From assembly GCA_951406725.2 (NCBI GenBank), contig OX597830.1, positions 58,962,001 through 59,026,000 on the forward strand: a stretch of DNA of 64,000 nt, written 5' to 3'. This DNA comes from Octopus vulgaris. Its lineage: Eukaryota. Below the pieces are notes generated by a model. That model saw only the letters and a list, made by a program, of their open reading frames with translations. It did not search any database and was not told the DNA's origin. Shown here in pieces: positions 40,678 through 53,708 of the stretch; within the stretch, counting starts at the first letter, position 1, and the number at the start of each line of letters is the position of its first letter. A program made the translations under genes and the position numbers.

Positions 40678-41312
40678 TCCTTTCTATTGTAGGAAAAGGC
40701 CTGAAAGTTTGTGGGCGGAGTGGAGAGGGGGGGGGGGGTCTTGTCAATTACATCAACATCAGTGCTCCACTGCTATTTAATTTATCGACTACGAAATGAT
40801 GAAAAGCAAAGTCGACCTCGGCGGTATTTGAACTCAGAATGTAAAGCCGGAAGAAATGCCGCTAAGCAAAATTTTCCGGCACGGTCAGCTCACCGCCTTC
40901 ACAAATCTCAATAATTTTGTCCGCCATTTTACGTATTTTAAAAATCTCAACTTAATCCCGTTTTCTCGGGCCCTCAAATAGCAGCACGACTATATCCCGG
41001 CTCACACAACCGGAGGCTCCTCTTGTGCGGCTATTTTCACTACATGCAGACGATGTTTGGCATATTCGAATAATAGTTTGTTTGTAGATCAGTCAGGTTT
41101 GATGATTTACCTTTCAGCAACGTTAGCCGGCCGGGCGAAACGCTTAGCCGTATTTCGTGTCTTTACGTTCTGAGATAAAATTCTGCCGAGTTTGAGTTTG
41201 TTTTTCATCCTTTCGGGATCGATAAAGTAAGTACTAGTTGAGTACCGGAGTCGATGTAATCAACTTGTCCCCTCCCCTCGAGTTGCTGGTCTCGTGCTAA
41301 AATTTGAAACCA
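40678..41312. mobile_element. SINE family A copies (minus 40678-40900, plus 41115-41312)
   Basis: Family core in both orientations. Confidence 0.78.
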
Positions 41313-41397
41313 CTCTTACAAGTTTCTTTTATCGATTTTGTTCCTTAAAGGTTGGTGCCAATGTTGATGCCATTGTCGGAATTATTGTTGCTATTTA

Positions 41398-41589
41398 GGC
41401 GCAGGCATGGCTGTGTGGTAAGAAGTTTGCTTCCCAAACACATGGTTCTGGGTTCAGTCCCGCTGCATGGCATCTTGGTTAAATGTTTTCTAATATAGCC
41501 TCGGGCCGACCAAAGCCTTGTGAGTGGATTTGGTAGGCGGAAACTGAAAGAAGCCCCTCGTATATATATATATATGAGTGTGTGTGTGT

Positions 41590-41675
<86 letters not shown>

Positions 41676-41872
41676 CTGTGTTTCTTCCCCACCATAGCTT
41701 GACAATCGATGTCCGTGTATTTACGTCCCTGTAACTTAGGGGTTCAGCAAAAGAATAAGTACTAGGCTTACAAAAGAATAAGTCCTGGGGTCGATTTGTT
41801 CGACTAAAAGTAGTGCTCCAGCATGGCTGCAGTCAAATGACTGAAACAAGTAAAAGAATAAAAGAATAAAAG
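41398..41872 (+). mobile_element. SINE family B with expanded internal (TG)n
   Basis: ggcgcaggcatggctgtgtggtaag...gactgaaacaagtaaaagaataaaagaataaaa. Confidence 0.88.
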
Positions 41873-42498
41873 GATCTGTTCACGATATTCAGATTATTTA
41901 AAATTATGACTTTACCGAAAGAAGAAAATAGCTGCAAAAAAGTTGTTTGAGTTATCTCCCCCTGTTATCGTCGCTAACAAAGGTTACTTTCAACAAAGCA
42001 AAACAAAGACCAAACAAAAACAATTAAACAGAAATAGTAATGAACACAAAAACAAGCGGTAAAAAAGGGGAAAAAATGTAACGTCCCAGCAGAAAAATAA
42101 ATTAGGATATCAGACAAAACACTTGATGTCAACTGCAATAACAGTAGCGGCAGCAGCGGTAGCAACAACAACATGCATACATGCATACATGCATACATAC
42201 ATGCATGCATACATGCATACATACATGCATGCATACATGCATACACAACTACGTGAAGAGGATATAAGAGTAATATCCAGGAATTGTTGCTTGTGCAAAC
42301 GCCCTTTTCAATAAAACCCTCGAAATATGGAACATTTTCTTGAAAGGCTTCAAGCTTGGAACTATTTTCTCCACAAACAGGCGCCAGCCTCCTGTACTCC
42401 ATCACAGAGGAACGCAAGAGTTAGAAGGTAATCTAGATAGAAATAATACATCTCTAAATCTCTCAGAGAGATTTATGCAGTAGCAGCACGATAACGTG

Positions 42499-42806
42499 AT
42501 AGTATGTTGTAAACTTAATGTGACAGTCCCATGAAAGGGAAGAATGCTACTGTTATTTAACCCTAGGAAACACTGTTTCCTGTTGGACTTGACACATTTC
42601 CTGTGCCCTTGTGTTTTCAAAGTCGAGACTCTAAAACTAGTCTCTGAATGCTGGTTTTGCTGGGTGGAGGTGCTTATCTCCACTTTGAAAACATAAGAAC
42701 ACAGGAAATGTGTCAAGTCCAACAGGAAACGGTGTTTCCTAGGGCTAAATAGCAGTAGCATTCTTCCCTTTCATGGGACTGTCACATTAAGTTGACAACA
42801 TGCTAT
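42499..42806. mobile_element. Foldback MITE with ~130-bp arms
   Basis: atagtatgttgtaaacttaatgtgacagtcccatgaaaggg... / ...ccctttcatgggactgtcacattaagttgacaacatgctat; spacer ~42631-42675. Confidence 0.82.
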
Positions 42807-43279
42807 AACAATCTAGATGTTCTTTACCAAGAACTGGAAACAGGTTCGAATGACACTTAAGTGATATGTGCATTGGAAGAAGGAGGGTGAATTCCACTGT
42901 AGTCGTCAACTTTGAAACAGAGGACGGTGCTAAAGTGCATACCCAAACTGTCCGTGGCACATGTTTCCATAAGTTATTCCTGTAGTGTTTGAGGAAGAAC
43001 ACGAGGATGAAAATGTCAACCACTGGTTGGCAGTCACTTTCTTGACAGAATGCTGGGAGGTCATCATTACAGACGTAATTGTTTGTGAGATATTGTTTGG
43101 GAACGAGAAGTCACCATAAATGAATAAGTGCTCATTACATCACAAGGCCACAAGGTAATACCTGAATTGTGCCCTATGGCGTGCGATGAGAGGAAAACGT
43201 TAAAGCTCAGCATCAGGCACGGTAATCCCGGCTACGACATACGTGGCAGTAAAAGCCATTCGAGGTATTCTGTCTAGAA

Positions 43280-44657
43280 CAATGGTTCTCAACCGAGGAC
43301 CATATATGATCCTTGGGTGGGGTGCATGTGACTGTGTAGTAAGAAGTTTGCTCTCCAACCACACAGTTCCAGGTTCAGTCCCACTATAAGACACCTTGGG
43401 CAAGCGTCTTCTTACTATAGCCCCGGGCCGATCAAAGCCTTGTGAATGGTTTTGGTGGTAGACGGAAACTGAAAGAAACCCATCGTATATGTATGTGCGC
43501 GCACGCAAATGTGCGTGCGTGTGTGTCCTTATGTCTGTGTTTGTCCTACCTGTCACCGTTTGACAACTAGTGTTTACGTCCCCATAACTTAGCATAACCC
43601 TAACCCGATAAAATAAATACTAAGCATAAGAATTTTAATCCTGAGGTCAATTTGTTCGACTAAAACCCTTCAAAGCGGTGCTCCAGCATGGCAACAGTCA
43701 AACGACTGAAATAAATGAAAAAATAAAAGAATAATAAACTGGTTCCACGTCTATAACACAAAATATTTCAATTTTTTATAGATTTCCTAATATTTAATTA
43801 TATCAATACAGTGATCCCTCGTTTATCGCGGGAGATTGGTTCCGTGACCGGCCGCGATAACTGAATTTCCGCGAAGAAGAGACACCATATTTACAGTATT
43901 TATTTAACGTGTATTTGAACTTTTTAAACCCTCCCTGTACTGTTAACAACCCACCCGTTACAGTAGTCTATAAATAACAAGGACAACTGTTAAGCAATAA
44001 CACTTTAGATTAAAAACAAATAAAGACTGTTATTGTACTCAACACGAAAGAAGTTGAAGTAAAATTTGAATGATGATGGTGATGAATTTGTTGTGCAGTA
44101 GAAATGATGATGATGAAGCTGACGGCGGTGCCCTTTCCTGGGACACCTCTTCCACTTCTTCCGAAGGTACAACCGTAGTAATAGCAGCAGGAACTGGGTC
44201 TTTTTTGCGAGGCTGCGAATAAAATTGTGATAGGAAGTTGCTGCCGCTGCTTCTTTTCCCGTTCAAGGAGCATCGCGTAGGGATTCATGACTTCGTAGAC
44301 CTTGTGGCAAAATTGCACAGAACGAACCATATCGTCGTCCCATTCCTCTGAACCCTCTTTCAATTCTTTAGCCAGGTTGCAGAGCTTGGCCAGCCGTTCC
44401 AAAGTCAAGCCACTTTGGTCGACAACTTCTGTTTCTTGCTGCGTTTCTTCTTTAGATTTAATGAAAAATTTTAGGTGTTCATATATATATATATTTTAAA
44501 AATCCGCAAAGTCGTGAATTCGCGATAGTTAAACCGCAAAATAGCGAGGGATCAATGTACAGTAAAAGAATTTTAAACATCGAATGGCTATGAGAGTCCA
44601 GTTGAGCAAAATAAGAATTAAAGGAGCCAATAGGTAAGAAATGGTTAAAAGCCACTG
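43280..44657 (-). mobile_element. hAT-type MITE, copy 2, interrupted by SINE B (~43321-43735) and a Tigger-like element
   Basis: TIRs caatggttctcaacc / ggttaaaagccactg; 8-bp TSD gtctagaa (43272-43279) / gtcaagaa (44658-44665); 44570-44657 is the reverse complement of the left part of 29253-29560. Confidence 0.75.
43809..44557 (-). mobile_element. Tigger/pogo-like DNA transposon, internally deleted, retaining the transposase C-terminus (44010-44408)
   Basis: TA-cagtgatccctcgtttatcgcgg / ccgcaaaatagcgagggatcaatg-TA; peptide LTLERLAKL..EEWDDDMVRSVQF..KKQRQQLPITILF resembles Tigger C-termini. Confidence 0.85.
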
Positions 44658-45845
44658 GTCAAGAAAGAGCAATAGGTAACAAATGGTTAAAAACCACTGA
44701 TCAAGTAAGACCAATAGGTAAGAAATGGTTAGAAACCACTGATCAAGAAAGATCAATAGGTAAGAAATGGTTAAAAACCACTGACCAAGAAAGACCAATA
44801 GTTAAGAAATGGTTAAAATCACTGGTCAAGAAAGACCAATAGGTATGAAATGCTAAAAACTACTAGTCAAGAAAGACAAATAGGTACGAAATGGTTAAAA
44901 ACCACTGACGAAGAAAGACCAATAGTAAGAAATTATTAAAAACCACTGGTCAAGAAAGACCAATAGTTAAGAAATCGTTAAAAACTACTGGTCAAGAAAG
45001 AGCAATAAGTAAGAAATGGTTAAAGACCACTGGTCAAGAAAGAGCAATAGGTAGGAAATGTTATAAACCACTGGTCAAAAAAGACCAATAGTAAGAAATG
45101 GTTAAAAACCACTGGTCAAGAAAGACAAATGGGTACGAAATGGTTAGAAAACACTGACCAAGAAAGACGAATAGTTAAGAAATGGTTAAAACCACTGGTC
45201 AAGAAAGACCAATAGGTAAGAAATTGTTAAAAACCCCTGGTCAAGAAAGTCCAATAGGTAAGAAATGGTTAAAAACCGCTGGTCAAGAAAGACAAATGGG
45301 TACGAAATGGTTAAAAAATACTGACCAAGAAAGACCAATAGGTAAGAAATTGTTAAAAACCACTGGTCAAGAAAGTCCAATAGGTAAGAAATGGTTAAAA
45401 ACTGCTGGTAAAGAAAGACCAATATGTAACAAATGGCTAAAAGCCACTGGTCAAGAAAGATCAATAGGTAAGAAATGATAAAAAAACTGCTGGTCAAGAA
45501 AGACCAATAGTAAGAAATGGTTAAGGAACACTGATCAAAAAATACCAATAGTTAAGAAATTATTAAAAACCACTGGTCAAGAAAAATCGATAGGTAAGGA
45601 ATGGTAATGAATCACGGGTCAAGAAAGAGAAATAGGTATCAAATGGTTAGAAACCACTGGTCAAGAAAGACCAATAGTAAGAAATGTTTAAAACCCACTA
45701 GTCAAGAGAGATAAATAGTTAAGAAATGTTTATAAACCACTGTTAAAGAAAGACCAATAGGTAAAAAAAATGGTTAAAAACCACTGGTCAAGAAAGAGCA
45801 ATAGGTAATAAATTGTTAAAGACAACTGGTCAAAAATGACCAAAA
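44627..45845 (+). repeat. 42-bp minisatellite, ~29 diverged units
   Basis: Consensus ccaataggtaagaaatggttaaaaaccactggtcaagaaaga. Confidence 0.95.
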
Positions 45846-46250
45846 GCACAAAATCAACCAACATGAGTTATTGTTGAAGTTGGTACCATCTCAGTTTAAA
45901 ACCTGATCCAGTTACATCAAGAGAAACCCCGGCTGTTTGATTTGCATTGACTTCTCTTGGCATTTCATCACAGTTTGGTTTACAGGTAAATGTTACAGGT
46001 AAATGTTACAGGTAAAGCTGGTTTTCCAAATTTCTTTGTAAAAGCCTTCGTCTCTTGCTTGTGCTTTTACAAAATACCCAGGATTTTTTGCATATGTCTT
46101 TGGGCAACTGTCATCGTCTTCCAGTCCATTCAGCATCGCCTGCAACATTTTCATCTATCACACCGTTCTATAGATCTACTCATAGTGCCTGACGATTGAT
46201 TCGAATATTCTCCTACTGGGCTGATTAGACTTTGGCACATTGACCTACAC

Positions 46251-46949
46251 CAGTATTTCTCAACCATTTTATATTCATGAACTCATTTGCCCCAAAGCCC
46301 ATCCCTTCCTCACATTGGTGGGGACGCTGGCAACGGGTAGTGTCAGAGCTATGCCGTCGGGAACTTCGGTTCCTGGTAGGGCCTCCCAAAGCGGATTGGT
46401 CTGACACCGTGTGGTATTAGGGCCACAACCCGGCAGACGGGGCTCTGGTGAAAATCCTCGGAGTGTCTGTTTCGGCAACCGGCGGCTCCTCGGTCGTTCT
46501 GTCCCTGCGTCTGGGGATAATCTGCGGCAAACAGGATGTCTCTACATGCGAGATTGTTGGGGACCGCTTGTCAAATCCACATATTCCCACGAAATTTCTT
46601 CCATGGTAGAACAAGCCAACTCAACCCGCCCAGGGTGAATGTCGCCACAAGTACAAGTACTCATTTGATTCCTATTTCACTCCGGTGAACTCTCGTAGCC
46701 GTTCAGTGATTAAAAAAAATCCTACTATAATTTTATAATTAGATATTATTAAGAATTGTAAAAAAGAAATAAAAATATTTTGTAGAAGAATAAGCGATTT
46801 ATTGCACATAAATTTTAACAACAAAATCTTATTTGTGTCGGAAGCAAAAGTTGGTACTTCTGTCTGTATTTATTCAAAAGTCACTTGCGAATGAGTCTGG
46901 TTCCACTAACTGTTTAAGGTGCCCATGTAACCACAGAATCGAACACTTG
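46251..46949 (+). mobile_element. hAT-type MITE, copy 3 (diverged), interrupted at 46290-46658
   Basis: Starts cagtatttctcaaccattt; resumes ttgattcctatttcactccggtg, similar to 29310-29345. Confidence 0.55.
46290..46658 (+). mobile_element. ~370-bp non-autonomous retroelement, probably RTE-derived (5'UTR plus 3' tail)
   Basis: 9-bp TSD actcatttg (46281-46289 / 46659-46667); tail caagtacaagt; gagctatg...cctggtagggcctccca resembles RTE 5'UTRs as I recall them. Confidence 0.6.
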
Positions 46950-47072
46950 AATTGAAAATCATGAGGTTAGCACCCGATCCATTTCTCCACGTGCTTTCAT
47001 AATATACACAGAGACATATACACACTAACATACACACACACTTACACACTTACACACGGACGCGCACTCAAA

Positions 47073-47399
47073 CCGGCACTCCGTCGGCTACGACGACGAG
47101 GGTTCCGGTCGATTTAATCAACAGAAGATCCTGCTCGTGAACTTAACGTACAAGTGGCTGAGCACTCCACAGACACGCGTACCTTTCACGTAATTCTCAA
47201 GAAGATTCAGCGTGAGACAGAATGTGACAAGGCTGGTCCTTTCCAAATACAGGTTCAGCTCATATTTTGCCAGCTGAGCGGACTGAGGGATAACGTCAAG
47301 TCAAGTGTCTTGCTCAAGGACACAACGCGCTGCCGGAAATCGAACGAAGGACCTTACGTTCGTGAGCCGTAAGCACTAACGACTTAGCCACGCGCCTCG

Positions 47400-47400
<1 letters not shown>
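47073..47400 (-). mobile_element. tRNA-derived SINE with family C tail and a different head/body
   Basis: Minus-strand head ggcgcgtggctaagtcgttag...gttcgatttcc then tgtgtccttgagcaagacactt; tail matches 24591-24780. Confidence 0.75.
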
Positions 47401-47745
<345 letters not shown>

Positions 47746-48077
47746 GAGAGAATCGTTACAATGGGTAGGTTGTCAGGTAGGCGCCCTGAGAATTCTCATC
47801 TTCGACAAACAACCCATTATACCGTAGAACGTTTATCATAAATTATATCAGAACCAGTTCTATTCCATTACAACAACCATAGATCACATTACGTTACGCA
47901 ATTTCTATTAGATTATATCAAACTCACGCATCTATTCTACATTTTACATACTTCATATAGAAAAATATCGATATTAAATTATGTACATCACAAAGTTACA
48001 TAATACCATTTTAATAACATTTTTCTTCTGTTGTTCATCAGAATCTTTCAGATTACAGTAATTTTATGAAAATCAAT

Positions 48078-48115
48078 CTCCTCTCTCTCTCTCTGCTTCT
48101 GTCTCTCTGTCTGTC

Positions 48116-48182
<67 letters not shown>

Positions 48183-49040
48183 GTCTCTCTCTCTCTGTCT
48201 CTGTCTCTGTCTGTCTGTGTGTTTGTCTCTCTCTGTCTCTCTGTCTCTGTCTCTGTCTGTCTCTATCTCTCTCTCTCTCTCTCTCTGTATGTATGTATGT
48301 ATGTATGTGTGTATGTATCTCTCTCCCTCTCTCTCTCCCTCTCTCGCATTTCTACATAGTTTCACACGTTGGTGGCAATTATTAAGTGAAGGGTAAGAGA
48401 GATGAAGATGAAGTAGGTAAGAGAGGAATAGGGGATAGAAAGAGAGGGTGAGAGGGGAGAAAGAGGAGAGAAAGAGAGAGACGGACGGTAGAAAGAGTGA
48501 GATGTGGCGTGACTGAGGGGAGGAGTGACTGTTTGTAGAAAGGCTAACTTGGAGTGAGTGAGAATATTGTGTGGACAGAATAAGTTGAGGAAGGCAAGAG
48601 AGAAAGTAGAGGAAGAAAGAGGGGAAAAGAGGAACTGTGAAGAACTGAGAGTGAAAGAGAGAGAGAGGGGGTGGGAGAAAGAGAGTGGAAAGGAGAGAGG
48701 GCATTGTGGCAGAAGGGAGTGGGAAACAGAAGTAGTAAAGGGGAAATGTATGAGAGGAAGAAAGCAGAAAAGGTGAGTGAGAGAGTGAGGGGGAGTGAGG
48801 GGGGAGAGAGAGAACGAGAGAAAGAGAGAGAATGATTGTGTAAGTGGGAGACAGAGAGAAGAATAGAAAGGAAAGCGATAAAAACGTAATGTTGAGAAAG
48901 AGAGAGAGAGAGAGACAGAATGAGCGAGAGAAGAGATGAAAAGAAAATAGTAAAGGAGAGCAAAAGCGAGTAAAAAAAAAATATAGAAGTGGAGAGTAAT
49001 TGAGGAGAGTAAAAGTGCGAGAGTTTAGGGAGGAAAGGTG
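48078..49040. repeat. (CT)/(CTGT) tract followed by ~650-bp purine-rich low-complexity tract
   Basis: Direct reading. Confidence 0.85.
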
Positions 49041-49337
49041 AAAACTGCCGGGTTGCAGGGAGTGTTTGAGAAAAGTTTAAAGAGTAAACAAGAGGAAGTT
49101 TTTTGCTGCTGTATTTTTATTTCTCCTTTGCTCCCTTCAATGTTTAAGGGTGGGAGGGAGGGGGGGAACTGCACCCCACCACACTTCCCTTCCCAACTGG
49201 ATTTGAAAGGAGCAAATAACTCTGGGCCCTCTTTTGTTTTTCGATCTTTTCTCTTATTGTTTAGTATGAGTGATAGTAATTCTTACGGCGCCTAACTCTG
49301 GCGACCCACCCACTAACACACCCAACCACACACGTTT

Positions 49338-50110
49338 ACCACCACCACCGCCACCACAGCCACCACCACCACCACCACCACCACAGCCACCACTACCGCC
49401 ACCACAGCCACCACCACCACCACCACCACCACAGCCACCACTACCACTACCACAGCCACCACCACCACTACCACAGCCACCACTACCACCACCACAGCCA
49501 CCACCACCACCACCACCACCACCACCACCACCACCACCACCACAGCCACCACTACCACTACCACAGCCACCACTACCACCACCACAGCCACCACTACCAT
49601 CACTACGCTATTACCATCACCACCACCACCACCACCACCACCACCACCACCACCACCACCACCACCACCACCACAGCCACCACCACCACCACCACCACCA
49701 CCACTACCACTACCACAGCCACCATCACCACCACCACCACCACCACCACCACAATCAATAACAACAACAACACTACCATCATAAGCAGTACTGCCACCGT
49801 CACACAACCCTACCACTACATCCTACGCCACCACCACCACCGCCACCACAATTATCGCCACCACCGTCTCCATCACTACCACAACAATGCCGACTTCCAC
49901 AACCACTGGTTCCACCACCATTACTACTACTGCTACCCAACCACTACCCTTACCAACAACAACCTGAACACCCTCACTGTCACTAGAACCATCACTACCA
50001 CAACTACAACAACAACTATAACCACCACTAACCAAACACCACTACCTCCACCACAACCACCACAACCACCACCACCACCGCCGCCGCCGCCACCACTACT
50101 ATTACTACAA
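49338..50110. repeat. (CCA)n-based low-complexity tract
   Basis: Direct reading; recurring ccacagccaccactacc variants. Confidence 0.92.
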
Positions 50111-50679
50111 TAACAACAAGAACGGGCTGGAGAGCAGGTGGTGGTGGTGTCGAGAGGTCACGTGGGCTGGCGGAAACAGGCAAGGGGAAGTATTTGTTTT
50201 CTCACCTTGTTACAACTAAAGGGTCCACGGCGCCTTAAACAGAGCATGACAAGAATTGATGTGCTTTTCTATGGCTGCGAGTAGGCGTGTGCATGGGAAG
50301 CCAGCAACAACAACAACAACACCGATGGCGGCTGGAGGTTCTTCTTCTTCTTCTTCTTCTTCTCCTCCTCTTCCGCCTCCTTCTTCTTCTTCTTCTCCTC
50401 CTCCTTCACCTCTTTCTTCTTTCACCTATTGCAGCCATTCTGCACAGCGCCTGATTCACAGCTGGCTCGTGTAGTTAATTTTATAGATTCTTATGGCGTA
50501 CCGACACATGCCACGCGCCTGCGCATACAGAGACACTCACCTATAAGTACATCAACATGTGCACAGATACTCATATACACTATATCCATACACACACACA
50601 CACACACACACATACACACACAGGTAAGTCTGCACATGTGCAATATTAGATTCAATTAAAGGAGAGAAAAACGTGTGTA

Positions 50680-50870
50680 CATAGGTTCGAAATTTTGAGG
50701 GAGGGAAGGCAGTCGATTAGGTCGACCTCAATACGCAACTGGTACTTAATTTATCGACCCCGAAAGGGTGAAAGGCAAAGTCGACCTCGGCTGAATTTGA
50801 ACTCAGAACGTATAGACAGACGAAATACCGCTAACTATTTCGCCCGTGTTTCTACCAACACATCGCCTTA
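50680..50870 (-). mobile_element. SINE family A
   Basis: Family core. Confidence 0.82.
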
Positions 50871-50939
50871 GTGTGTACATAATATTGAGCACTTTTGGTA
50901 CATAGTCAACCCTATGCAATGCGTATCTGTCTTATTACT

Positions 50940-50976
<37 letters not shown>

Positions 50977-51277
50977 GATAGATTGATACATATATATACG
51001 TACATACACACACATACACGCATACACACGTATGAGTGTATATATGTGCATATGCTTATATGTGCGTTTCTATATATGGGGTTGGATGAATGGAAAATAA
51101 ACAGCCTTGAACGTAGAATAGCCCATCATAATTTGTGAAGGGGAAGTCTTTTTCCATGGAGAGAACACTCGGATTAAAAGTTAGCTGGGGCTACGACATG
51201 TCTCTATGTAAGACATGGAGAAGAGAGAAAGTGAAAAATAATGAATATGCTGCAATAAGGGAATTTCTGAATCATCA

Positions 51278-53708
51278 TCATTGTTCGACCGTGGTCGAGA
51301 CAATGGAATTTACCATGCTACGCCAGACTTCACGGTCCATCATGGCATTACGGAGGTCCTGTTGCTGGATGCCTGTATCCCTGGAGATTACATCAGGGTA
51401 GGAGAGTGTGTGCCCTCTGGTATTGCGAGTAGATGGCTTCCAGCGGAGAAGAGTAGAAATTGCCTCGTTTTCAGCTCTATAACAATGTCCAGCAAACTGG
51501 ACTCACCTACCTTTCACAAGAGATGACACAGGTGGTAGTTTCCCATATATTTGCATTTTGGTTGGGTGGCGCTTTCACGAGAGATTTTGAGCTCTCATAA
51601 GGAGGCATGTGTAGGTTCCATCCAACCGCCTCTCAAGCTTCTTTGATAACGTCCAGGTTTCTGAGCCATATAGTAGAATTGGTTCGACTGTGGCTTTGAA
51701 GATTTCAACTTTGAAGTCTCTACTTAGATTTGATGACCAGATCTTATGCATGTCATTACAGGGTGACCAGGCCATTCCCTTTCTAGTTAGAAAATCTTTT
51801 CCAGATGATGATATGTATGACCCAAGATATTTGTAATCAGAAACCATATTTAAGGGGGCATTGTTGAGAGTATGGATGATGCAATCACTGTTGGACAGAC
51901 ACTTGTTTATATATTCAGTCCTGGCCTCATTTAGGTAAAGACCTACACAATTTGAGGCTTGTTCGAGAGATTGTAAAAGAGACTGGGCATTGGAGAGAGA
52001 ATCACTGATAAGAGCGATGTCGTCAGCAAAGTCAGTGTCTGTCAAGTATTCAGCTGGGTGTCTGGAACTTCTTCTTGGTTTTATTTCAAAGCCCTTGCCA
52101 GAGATGGTATCAACTGACATACGTAGCACATAGTCAACGACAATGATGAAAAGAAATGGGGCGAGTGTGTCTCCCTGCAGTATTCCGGCTTTGATTGAGA
52201 AAGATGATGTTTCTCCGTCAGGGGTTAAGATGGTTGAAGACGTATCTGTGTAGAGGACCCTGACGGCAGAAATGATTTTGTCTGGTATCCCATAGAGTTT
52301 AAGGATTTCAAACATCTTGTACCTATCTACAGAGTCGAACGCTTTAGAAAAGTCTACAAATACCATTGCAAGATCGCGATTAAATGATTTTGATTCTTCA
52401 ATAAGTCTGCGTAGGCATAGTATCTGGCTCAGCGTTGAGCGCCCATGTCTGAATCCATTTTGGTTCTTTCGGAGCAAAGGTTCAACAAAAAGGACAAGAC
52501 GATTTAGAATCAGTTTGTTGTACAGTTTTGCAGCAATTGACATTAGAGATACACCCCTGTAGTTGGTGACGAGGGACAAATCGCCTTTTTTGGGTATTGG
52601 GATGATTTGAGATTGGTGCCAAATCTTTGGAGCGACAAAGGTGGAAAGTGTGTGGTTGCAAAGGTTGAGCAAAAGTGTGTGAAATCTATCATCCTTCCAA
52701 ATTATAGCTGGGATGTTGTCGGGACCAAATGCTTTCGAGGCTATTAGTTGCTTGGTGGCTGCTGTTAGTTCAAATATGGTAAAAGGGCAGGTGTTGATGT
52801 CCAGCGTGTCTGATATAGGCACACTTGGAAGAGTGGGGTTACCAGGTATTTTGGCATTCTTCCCAAGAAGGTTTTTTAAATGAGTTGACCAATTTTCTAA
52901 ACGCTTCTTAGCTGATCCTCCTTAAATTCTAATTGATGACCCAGAATTTTTGCCTGATAGGTCTTTCATGGATTTCCAGGCGAGATGGTGTTTTTTACTA
53001 ATGTGCTCTTTGGATAGTTTGCTAATTTTGCCATTGATAAAGTCGACCTCGGCGTTCAAGTAAGCCTCATCAAGATTCTTCCTGGCAGCTATGAGTTGGA
53101 TCTTCAGTGACTGGGATGGAGAACGGTGGTAAGCTAGTGATATAGACTTTAGATGGTTTCTGGCTTCGATGACATTTGGAGAATTAGAAGGTCTGCTCTG
53201 GCCCCTACTCTTCTTTTTGGGAAGAGTAGCCAGTGCAACTTCCTCTGTTGATTTGATGAGGATGCTGTATACTTCTTCAATGTTCTCAGCATCTATTTCA
53301 GAAGTAGACAAAGATTGAAATGTGTTATAGACCTCAATAGTAAATTGTTTGGACATATCGGGGTTAGATAAGACTTCCTCCCAGTCGATCGTTTTCATCG
53401 GGTGAGGCTTTGCTTTTTTGGATGAGCGAAGACTAAGCTTAACGGTAGCTGATACAATTCTGTGGTCAGAGCCGACAGAACTAGAGGAAGAGTAGGATCT
53501 CGAGTTTTTAACACTATTGCGCCACTTCTTTCGAAAGATGAGGTAGTCAATTTGTGCCCTATCACTGAGTGGAGACTCGAATGTCCAAAGTTGTCATTTT
53601 GGTTTCATAAAATAATTGTTGGAGGTGTAGAGATTAAATTCCTCTAAGAAGTATTTGAGCATTTCTACGTTCCGATTGGTTTTAGAGTTGAAAGTAAACT
53701 TGGTCTCA
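51278..53708 (-). mobile_element. RTE-type LINE, non-inverted 3' part (endonuclease C-terminus, RT, short (GAT)n tail)
   Basis: ORF 51575-52822: NYRGVSL, QNGFR, FVDFSKAFDSV, GILQGDTLAPFLF, DFADDIAL, YKYLGS, LLYGSETWTL; upstream QIDYLI and SDHRIV endonuclease motifs; few disruptions. Confidence 0.92.

Noticed and set aside
43075-43145. Minus-strand HLFIYGDFSFPN resembling an APE endonuclease GDFN motif
   Set aside because: Single short motif with no supporting neighbours; possibly an ancient LINE remnant but unsupported
44627-45845. CRISPR array or repeat-protein ORFs (45182-45548)
   Set aside because: Contiguous diverged units without unique spacers, frequent 1-bp indels, eukaryotic context and no cas genes
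49270-49816. Poly-Pro/His and poly-Gly/Val ORFs (formin- or extensin-like)
   Set aside because: Translation of (CCA)n; no flanking domain or supportable splice structure
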